From positions 1 through 27,991 of the forward strand of contig JBHLME010000056.1 in the NCBI GenBank assembly GCA_048938445.1: DNA of 27,991 nucleotides. Direction: 5' to 3'. The notes beneath the pieces were generated by a model. That model did no database searches, had not been told where the DNA came from, and saw nothing but the letters and a program-made list of their open reading frames with translations. This document shows positions 18,179 to 25,866 of this stretch, in pieces. Made by a program: the position numbers and the translations under genes. How positions within the stretch are numbered: position 1 is the stretch's first letter; every line of letters begins with the position of its first letter. Source of the stretch: Promethearchaeota archaeon. GTDB taxonomy: Archaea; Asgardarchaeota; Lokiarchaeia; Sigyniarchaeales; SOKP01.

Positions 18179-19222
18179 ATGGTTCTAAATCAAACTAAGC
18201 GAGAAATTATCAAGAATAGGTTTAGATTTCTATTATTTGAAGTTTTTGTATGTTTTTTCTTGATTTTTTGCGCATCAATTCTAGAATGGTTGATCTTGCC
18301 TATCTCGTTAAATCCTGAGATATTTGGGATGTTATTCTACACAATTCGATTAATATTAGTGTTTTTAGCAATTCCTACAACAATTTATTTAATGGACAAA
18401 TATATTAGCCCTTATAAAGGAAAATTGAGGAAAACATCAAAGATATCCGTGTTTAAAGGACACATAATGCTATATAAAATCGCTAAAAGCAACTACAAAT
18501 ACCAATTCTTGTATGGACTTATATTATTGTTTTTGGTTTTTATTCCCTTGAATTTTTTGTTATATCTTTTAGTTCCAGAAATTTTACCATATCATTTAAA
18601 TTCAATGAAATTGAATGTATTGAATTCTTACCTTTTTATAAATGATTTCGCTCTTTTTTTCATCCTATTAATTGTAATACAAACTTCCATTGTGTTTGCT
18701 GAAGAATCAATATATAGAGGTTTTATAAATAAAAGAGGGAGTGAAAATTTTAATAAAATTTCGGCCGTTTTTATATCTTCTTATTCTTATGGATTTTTAA
18801 GTTTAAATTTTTATAGATTTAATCCTTGGTTTCCAGTCATATGGTTTTTTACAATGTTCTTTATTGGTTTGATTCTGTCTCTTTTAATTTTAAGAAGAAA
18901 ATGGCTTTTTCCTTCTATTTTTTCTCATTCAATTAGCAATATTATAATGGTTAGCATTATTTGGTGTTTTTCAAAAGGATGGGGATATTATGAAATATTA
19001 CTCCTCATTTACGCTCCATTAATAAGTATCAGTATACTTGTATTTATACTTCAATATAAACGAATAAAAGAGAGCATATCTATTGGTTTAAATATGTTAA
19101 AAAAATATGCTAAAAATGACGATAAAGAAGATGAAATTAATAGCGATAAATATTTTCGAATATTTATTGATTTTATCATTGGATTTATTTTATTTCTAAT
19201 TAGTTTATTAATTCTGGTATAA
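18179..19222 (+). CDS. CPBP (CAAX protease / Abi) family intramembrane glutamic endopeptidase-like protein
   Basis: Multi-TM protein with AEESIYRG (EExxxR) and HSISN (HxxxN). The middle FxxxH motif is not evident. Confidence 0.82.
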   Translation: MVLNQTKREIIKNRFRFLLFEVFVCFFLIFCASILEWLILPISLNPEIFGMLFYTIRLILVFLAIPTTIYLMDKYISPYKGKLRKTSKISVFKGHIMLYKIAKSNYKYQFLYGLILLFLVFIPLNFLLYLLVPEILPYHLNSMKLNVLNSYLFINDFALFFILLIVIQTSIVFAEESIYRGFINKRGSENFNKISAVFISSYSYGFLSLNFYRFNPWFPVIWFFTMFFIGLILSLLILRRKWLFPSIFSHSISNIIMVSIIWCFSKGWGYYEILLLIYAPLISISILVFILQYKRIKESISIGLNMLKKYAKNDDKEDEINSDKYFRIFIDFIIGFILFLISLLILV

Positions 19223-19260
19223 AATTTTCAATAAATAAAATTCTAACATTATGATGATAT

Positions 19261-20319
19261 TTGATGTTTCGAAATATAAAAACACAATTTAAATTTAAAA
19301 CATATAAATCTGATGCTGCCCCATTTTTCTTCTTTATTGATATTTATCCTCTTAAATTAAACAATTTTGATAAACCTCGTTCCTCATTTTTAGCTCAACA
19401 AATTCAAAACAAACCGATAATACCTTTACCTATGAGAGTTGATAAAGTTTTTAATGGCGAACATTCATTAATAATTCACCCTGATGATCCAATAACTTTC
19501 CCAATCAACGATTCTAATCTTGCGATTATTGATCCATTCCCATTCTTACAACTTGGACTTGAAAAATTAATTTATTTTACCGAAATAAGATCACAAGAAA
19601 CATTCTTTCTTTCTTTAAAACAAAAAGCAGTCGAACAATGGTGGAATGCTACTAAGAATTTTTATGGTAATATGTCTCAACTTGAAGAAGATTTTACAGC
19701 TTTTTTAAAAGCATATTTACATACCATGTTAAACGCATATATTAATGAAGAAGATCTTGTTGGGGCGGCCATCGACTACTGCACCATTATAAATGATATT
19801 TGTAAGGAAAGGATGTTGAGAAATCTAATAACAGTAGAAATAGATACCCAACAACTACAACATAAATTATTCCAAGAAAAAACAAGAAAATATAGAGAAA
19901 AATTAAAAACATTCAATAAAACGGAGTTTCATCCAGAACTCATAGATATTGAAGTTTTTAATCTTTCAGAAACTGATTTTAAATGTCTCGGAACTATAAA
20001 AGATGAAATTAGGAAAGACTATGATAACTTCGATGTCAAAATATTAAAATATATTCCACTCTTGTTATATGACGATTTACAGGAATGCATGCTACAAAAT
20101 CTTAAATTACTCGAAACAAATGAATATAAATTACAAAATCCTTCCATTCTTTTAGAATCAAAAATAATAAAATTAGAAAGACAAGGAGATTTAAGTGATT
20201 TTGAATTAATTAATAGATTCAATTGGTTGAATAATCTAAGAAAAATAGATATTAATTCATTATTTAATTCTTTGACTGAAGCTTTAAATCAATTAAATAA
20301 TAATAAAATAGTTAAATGA
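19261..20319 (+). CDS. Hypothetical soluble protein
   Basis: 352-aa uninterrupted ORF, 38 nt downstream of the CPBP gene and co-oriented with it. No family was recognised. The start is TTG 19261 or ATG 19264. Confidence 0.75.
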   Translation: MMFRNIKTQFKFKTYKSDAAPFFFFIDIYPLKLNNFDKPRSSFLAQQIQNKPIIPLPMRVDKVFNGEHSLIIHPDDPITFPINDSNLAIIDPFPFLQLGLEKLIYFTEIRSQETFFLSLKQKAVEQWWNATKNFYGNMSQLEEDFTAFLKAYLHTMLNAYINEEDLVGAAIDYCTIINDICKERMLRNLITVEIDTQQLQHKLFQEKTRKYREKLKTFNKTEFHPELIDIEVFNLSETDFKCLGTIKDEIRKDYDNFDVKILKYIPLLLYDDLQECMLQNLKLLETNEYKLQNPSILLESKIIKLERQGDLSDFELINRFNWLNNLRKIDINSLFNSLTEALNQLNNNKIVK

Positions 20320-20544
20320 GTTGAAAATTTTAATGAAAAGAACCTAACTATAATAATATTTATATAACTGATTGAATGTTATGCTTTTTCACTAATATAA
20401 TTGATTTCTTTATCCTATAATAAATCTAAATTAAATATCTCTAACTGTTGTAAAAAACAATCCAAATTTGTCAACATTTTAAGTATCAATGAGATTTTTT
20501 CTAAATGTCTAACTTGAGTTATATTAATATTTGGATATTGGTTC

Positions 20545-20564
20545 AAAAAAATAAAAAAAAAAAA
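20545..20564 (-). terminator. Oligo-T terminator of the SBP gene
   Basis: An A tract on the plus strand (T tract on minus) lies directly after the stop codon. Confidence 0.55.
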
Positions 20565-20567
20565 TAT

Positions 20568-22907
20568 TTATATACTTCTTTTCCTTCTTCGATTCGTATA
20601 TACGACTCCGACAAAACTTAACAATGACACGGCTATTACTATTATTACAATAATTTCCCATGGAAAAGCTGGTGGAACTTGAGGTCCCATATATTTTACG
20701 AAATTAAATGTAAACGTAAAAAATGAAGAGGACCATTTTACCTCCCATTCGTTTCTAACTGCATAACCAGTCTTTCCGTTTGATATATAAATCACGGGAT
20801 ATTGAAAATCTTGAATCCATTCAGTTAACTCTTTGTATAAATTTATTTCTTCTGTCTCATTTGCGAACCAAATATTAAATATTAAATCATCACACGTTTC
20901 ATTGTAATTAAATCCCATATTAGCGGAACCCGTATAAGGCCAAGTTGTTAAAGGTGTTGGAATATAATGAGGATATGGGACAACGGGATATCCAGAATAT
21001 GGGTAGTCCGAAATTACAGGATAACCTGATGAATTGATAGGTGATCTTTCAACAACTCCCGGACTTTGCAAATATGCTTGAATGTATCCAAGATCGTTAA
21101 ATCGAGCGTGAAATGGTGAAATTGCAAATCCATCATTTGAAAAAATGGGATAAGTAGCAGCGGGGTCTGTTAATGGCTTAAATAATGCTCCATATGTATT
21201 AGGTTCATCTTCCACGGCATCTATTTTACATCCAATCCTTGTAAGAGCTTCTTCTAAAGCGTCTTTAGCATCCTCGTGAGCTTGATCCCAATGATATTCC
21301 ATAGTATAAATTGGAGTAACACTTGCTGCAACTCCTTCCCAATCATCATCTGTGTCATATAAGCTATGAGCATTGCATATAGGTTCCCAGAATGTATCAT
21401 TGAGAAGTGCTTCTCTTGCTTTAGTAACATCAAAATAAGCAAGAGGTGTGGTCGGGTCATAATATTCATTCGATTTTCCTAAAAGACCTCCAGAACGTAC
21501 TACTCGACCTGCCTTAGTTACGTCAATATATGTGTTATAATCAAAAGCATAGGAGAGTGCTTTTCTAAATGCGCGATTTATACCATTGGCTTCTATGCTT
21601 TTAGCAGTACCAATAAAAGAAGTTTCGTTTCCATAACCTCTTGGAATAATATAGTAAGTTAAATCATAATTAATGTCAGACCAATATTTTAAATATGTTT
21701 CATCAATGCAATTTAAAACAATTGTTTCTCCATATGATTCGATACCCATATCAACGTAATTCGCACCAACAGCAGTCGTAATAGTACTATATTCTATTGG
21801 TTCCCATTCACGATCCGTAGCGTAATCGATGTCTCCTGAAATTAAAGCATTGGTTCGTGTTTGATATCCTGACTGACCATGTGGAAAAGCTTGTATAGCC
21901 ACTTCTTGAAGCATGTGCCATCCTTCTGCTTGCTGAGCTGATGCATTCCACCAATTATCATTTCTATGCATTTTTCCTAAACCCGTGACATCATCATGGC
22001 TTTCGAAAATATAAGGGCCTGTACCTATTAAATGTCCTGGAAAGACAGAGGGATTACCTTGCGGAAAGGAGGGATTATTTCCATACCCTAATATTGGAAC
22101 CTCGAAATAATCTTTGTATGCTTGCATTGAAATAAATTCAAAATTTGCAAGATAATTTGGACCTGAACCCCAATCATTGAAGTAAACTCTAACTGTACCT
22201 CCCGATTGTTTATCATCAAGTATTGTTACATTTTGAAATCGAGGGAATCTAGCATAAAGAGCCCCCTGACTTCCATTATAATATTTATCCATAGACTGAG
22301 GATAATTAGCATAGACACCAGGGGTTAACTTTGATACATTCCAGCTGTTTGTTGCATAGTCATCCCATTCATCTATTTTCATCCAGTAAATGGGTCTAGT
22401 CACAGTAATACTACTTTCAGGATAATCTGGAAGAGCATTGTTTATATCTCCAAGAATGACAAAGGTTCTATCAATATTCCATTTACATACGGTAGCATTC
22501 CAATCTGAACCATCGTGAAATTTAACATTTTCTCGAAGTGTTATGTCCATGTAATCAATCCCCTCATATGCCATGAAGCCTTTAGCAGTATGTTCTATTG
22601 GTCTATTGTGAATGGTCCAATTTTTTGCGATTACAGGTATTAAATTATCAAGACTTCCATTTTCTGCATTATATGGCCATAAGTATAGAGGTTCAAGAGC
22701 ATTATATAAATAATAATCACCATAACTCGCATCATAAGCTTCCATGCTCCAATGTTCAATGGTTGATTGTGGACCAGCAGTTCCTACTGTAAAAGTTGGG
22801 ATTTCCAGAAGTTCTTGAGCTGCTATGGGCATTGTTAATTGAATCGTGGGTAAAAAGAATGAGGCTAATAAAAGAGTAATGATTAACATGTTTGTATTTT
22901 TTTTCAT
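20568..22907 (-). CDS. dppA: ABC transporter substrate-binding protein, family 5 (peptide/nickel), archaeal type with C-terminal TM anchor
   Basis: Signal peptide, then motifs LRENVKFHDGS.WNA..CKWNIDR, IGTGPY and FRKALSYAFD. The C-terminal hydrophobic helix is followed by RRRKRS. SD AAGGAG. Confidence 0.9.
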   Translation of the reverse strand: MKKNTNMLIITLLLASFFLPTIQLTMPIAAQELLEIPTFTVGTAGPQSTIEHWSMEAYDASYGDYYLYNALEPLYLWPYNAENGSLDNLIPVIAKNWTIHNRPIEHTAKGFMAYEGIDYMDITLRENVKFHDGSDWNATVCKWNIDRTFVILGDINNALPDYPESSITVTRPIYWMKIDEWDDYATNSWNVSKLTPGVYANYPQSMDKYYNGSQGALYARFPRFQNVTILDDKQSGGTVRVYFNDWGSGPNYLANFEFISMQAYKDYFEVPILGYGNNPSFPQGNPSVFPGHLIGTGPYIFESHDDVTGLGKMHRNDNWWNASAQQAEGWHMLQEVAIQAFPHGQSGYQTRTNALISGDIDYATDREWEPIEYSTITTAVGANYVDMGIESYGETIVLNCIDETYLKYWSDINYDLTYYIIPRGYGNETSFIGTAKSIEANGINRAFRKALSYAFDYNTYIDVTKAGRVVRSGGLLGKSNEYYDPTTPLAYFDVTKAREALLNDTFWEPICNAHSLYDTDDDWEGVAASVTPIYTMEYHWDQAHEDAKDALEEALTRIGCKIDAVEDEPNTYGALFKPLTDPAATYPIFSNDGFAISPFHARFNDLGYIQAYLQSPGVVERSPINSSGYPVISDYPYSGYPVVPYPHYIPTPLTTWPYTGSANMGFNYNETCDDLIFNIWFANETEEINLYKELTEWIQDFQYPVIYISNGKTGYAVRNEWEVKWSSSFFTFTFNFVKYMGPQVPPAFPWEIIVIIVIAVSLLSFVGVVYTNRRRKRSI

Positions 22908-22956
22908 TTTAATCTCCTTTTTTTTAAAACAACACGTTTTTAAATTATTGTATATA

Positions 22957-22979
22957 TTAAATTACCATTGGTAATTTAA
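22957..22979. promoter_or_regulatory. Perfect 11-1-11 inverted repeat, putative operator
   Basis: TTAAATTACCA-T-TGGTAATTTAA. Its central 19 bp fit the consensus AAATKACCRWYGGTMATTT. Confidence 0.75.
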
Positions 22980-22985
22980 ATAATT

Positions 22986-23004
22986 AAATTAACGATGGTC
23001 ATAT
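22986..23004 (-). promoter_or_regulatory. Putative TetR operator adjacent to the SBP TATA box
   Basis: AAATTAACGATGGTCATAT. On the minus strand it follows a BRE/TATA-like GAAACTTTTATATA. Confidence 0.7.
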
Positions 23005-23087
23005 ATATAAAAGTTTCTAAAAATTATTACATTTTTGGAAATCATGATTCATAAAGTAAAAGAGATTTTACATTTTGTCGATAATGA

Positions 23088-23627
23088 TTGAAAATAATTA
23101 TGATAATGATCAAAAACAAAAAGAAGATACTAATTGATGATAACAGTTCTCATCACAAATCTATAAAAATAGATTGGGGAAGGCAAGGTGGAGTATTTTT
23201 AGCATACATCATTGTTTTGCTAGGTTATTATGGAATCGTTGCTAATATAGTAATGTACCAAGGTAATAATGAATGGTTGTCCTTTACAGAAATGGATAGA
23301 ACCATTCTTTTTTGGACATTTAACGTGTATGGGCAAACATTCTTTTTACCAATATTATTGCTGTTCTTTACTTGCTTTTTTTTAACATACAAAGAAGATA
23401 TTCCTCATTATGGAATTAAAGCGTCAATATGGATTGCGCCATTTTTAATAACTGAAGCATTTATATTATATTTCATTATGTATGGTTTTAACATTGAACC
23501 ATTTATCTATCAATTTGGAGATGGAAGGGGTTATTTAAATATATTGATAATATTCACCACAACATTTATTGGTGCTATAAGTGGAATGAAAGCAAAACAA
23601 TTTGTTGAATTAAAGAGAAATATTTGA
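23088..23627 (+). CDS. Hypothetical 4-TM membrane protein heading the ABC permease operon
   Basis: Four hydrophobic segments, co-oriented with dppB. The start is uncertain. Confidence 0.75.
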   Translation: MKIIMIMIKNKKKILIDDNSSHHKSIKIDWGRQGGVFLAYIIVLLGYYGIVANIVMYQGNNEWLSFTEMDRTILFWTFNVYGQTFFLPILLLFFTCFFLTYKEDIPHYGIKASIWIAPFLITEAFILYFIMYGFNIEPFIYQFGDGRGYLNILIIFTTTFIGAISGMKAKQFVELKRNI

Positions 23628-23701
23628 GGAGGTATTAAAAAAATCAGAAATCTTTATAGTCAATTTCATAAATTATAATTATATTAAAAATAGGGGATAT
23701 A

Positions 23702-24772
23702 ATGGTTAAAAAACAAAAAAATATGATAAAATATATCATCAGACGAATATTGATGATGATTCCAATGTTATTAATTGTTCTAACTTTAACTTGGTTTTTA
23801 TCGCGTATGATGTCTATAGATCCAGTCACAAATAAAATCGCAGGGGCTATAACTGATCCTGAAGCTTTGGAGGCATATTTACAAAGTATAGGATATTATG
23901 ATCCATGGTTTGTTCAACTAGGATCTTATTTTTTAAAATTTTTTACGGGTGATTGGGGAGATTCCTATGTAGTCTTTGAAAATCAACCCATTATAAACAT
24001 AGTTTTTGAGATTTTCCCAAGAACTATTGAGTTGATGATTATTCCTATAATTCTAACTCCTATTATTGCTGTTAAACTTGGAGTATCTTCATCAGTACAA
24101 AAAGATAAAAAAAAAGATATGCTGATTAGGACAGTAGCAATTTTGGGAGCAGGATTTCCCGTTTTTTGGATTGGTTCTATGGCTCAAATATTTTTTGGTT
24201 ATTTTTTAAACCTATTTACAAGAGGTAGCCTTGATTTTCCCGTATTTTTCTCAAATTCAACTAGAATAAATAGTATTATTCCTGATAATGCTCCAACTAC
24301 TGGTTTTCGCCTTATTGATTGTATTATTTATAATGATCAGGTCTATTTATGGGATACTATATTGCACCTGATAATTCCAGCTTTATGTATAACTTTTGTT
24401 TCATTGGCTAATATAACAAGACAAACCCGATCTAGCATGTTGGATGTATTAAATCAAGATTATATAAGAACAGCTAGAGCAAAAGGAGTCATAGAAAAAG
24501 ATGTTATTAACAAACATGCTCTCCGTAATGCATTATTGCCTGTTAGTAATCTTATTATTCAAGGGACAGCTACTGCCTTACTTGGTTCTTTCTTTATCGA
24601 AATAACTTTTGTTTATAAAGGTTATGGATATTATATGGTAGCGGCGATTGTTTTGGGAGATTATTTACTTATAAATGGATTGTTAATAGTTGCAACAATA
24701 ATAATTCTTAGTGGAACCTTAGTTGCTGACGTGATGTATACTATTATTGATCCAAGAATAACATATAGATAA
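23702..24772 (+). CDS. dppB: Peptide/nickel ABC transporter permease (DppB/OppB type)
   Basis: Motifs KYIIRRIL, GDWGDSY, PRTIEL, EAA loop QDYIRTARAKG...HALRNAL, and terminal DPRI. Confidence 0.93.
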   Translation: MVKKQKNMIKYIIRRILMMIPMLLIVLTLTWFLSRMMSIDPVTNKIAGAITDPEALEAYLQSIGYYDPWFVQLGSYFLKFFTGDWGDSYVVFENQPIINIVFEIFPRTIELMIIPIILTPIIAVKLGVSSSVQKDKKKDMLIRTVAILGAGFPVFWIGSMAQIFFGYFLNLFTRGSLDFPVFFSNSTRINSIIPDNAPTTGFRLIDCIIYNDQVYLWDTILHLIIPALCITFVSLANITRQTRSSMLDVLNQDYIRTARAKGVIEKDVINKHALRNALLPVSNLIIQGTATALLGSFFIEITFVYKGYGYYMVAAIVLGDYLLINGLLIVATIIILSGTLVADVMYTIIDPRITYR

Positions 24773-24801
24773 AATATTATATAATTAAAGAGGATCTAAG
24801 A

Positions 24802-25800
24802 ATGATTGAACAAGATTATGAAATGAAAAATAGAAACTACAATCAAAAAAACTCACAAAAGAAAAAGCAAGTAATACGATTTATAAAATTTTATTTAATA
24901 CCTGGTTGGCGAGATCCTGACTTCACAGCTCAAGAGCGTGAAATAGATAAAATAAAATCAAAAAGAAAATTATTTCGACATCTTCTTAAACCATTAACAA
25001 TTCTAGGAATAGTTTTACTTCTATTTATACTTTTTATAACAATATATGCTCCTTGGTTGACACCTTTTCCATTACAAGAAATTATCCCCCCTTATTCGCC
25101 TACAGAGGGTATGCCATGGTCACCCCCTTCAATTGATCACCCTATGGGAACTGCGATAAAAGGATATGATGTATTAGCAAAAATAATTTGGGGCGCAAGG
25201 ACAACAATTTTAACAGCAATAATTCCTGTATCCATATCAATTGGAGGCGGCCTCATATTGGGAACAATTGCGGCATATTTTGGAAAATATGTAGACTATG
25301 TCATGATGCGCTTTGTAGATGTTATCTATGCATTTCCTACTTTAATTTTAGTCATCATCCTTGCTCCGATGTTGAATGATCAACTAATCACCATTCTAAT
25401 AGTATTTGGTATTCTCTTCATACCATTCAATATCAGATTTATGCGATCGATAGTTTTACAAGTTAAGCAGCTAGATTTTATTCACGCTGCTAAAGTTGGA
25501 GGTGCAAAAAAATTTAAAGTAATGTTTAAACACATCGTACCAAACGCACTCTCACCAATGTTAGTAGCTTTTTTTGGAGGTGCCGCTATAGCTATAATAG
25601 GTTTAGCAAGTTTAGCCTATTTAGGATTTTCACCTGATAATGTTGCAAGTTGGGGTGCTGATATATGGGATGCCCAATTAAAATATAGTAACTTATCTGC
25701 CTCTATTTGGCCTGGGGTTTTTATAGGAATTACTGCAATAGCATTCATATTAATTGGCGACGGGTTACGCGACGCATTAGATCCACGATTAAAGTTATAA
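24802..25800 (+). CDS. dppC: Peptide/nickel ABC transporter permease (DppC/OppC type)
   Basis: Motifs PPS.DHPMGT..KGYDV, DFIHAAKVGGA, HIVPN and GDGLRDALDPR. Confidence 0.93.
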   Translation: MIEQDYEMKNRNYNQKNSQKKKQVIRFIKFYLIPGWRDPDFTAQEREIDKIKSKRKLFRHLLKPLTILGIVLLLFILFITIYAPWLTPFPLQEIIPPYSPTEGMPWSPPSIDHPMGTAIKGYDVLAKIIWGARTTILTAIIPVSISIGGGLILGTIAAYFGKYVDYVMMRFVDVIYAFPTLILVIILAPMLNDQLITILIVFGILFIPFNIRFMRSIVLQVKQLDFIHAAKVGGAKKFKVMFKHIVPNALSPMLVAFFGGAAIAIIGLASLAYLGFSPDNVASWGADIWDAQLKYSNLSASIWPGVFIGITAIAFILIGDGLRDALDPRLKL

Positions 25801-25866
25801 AAGGAGGAAATTAAAATTTCAGAGCATTCATTATTATTTTATATTGGTTATCCATTCAATTTTGGA

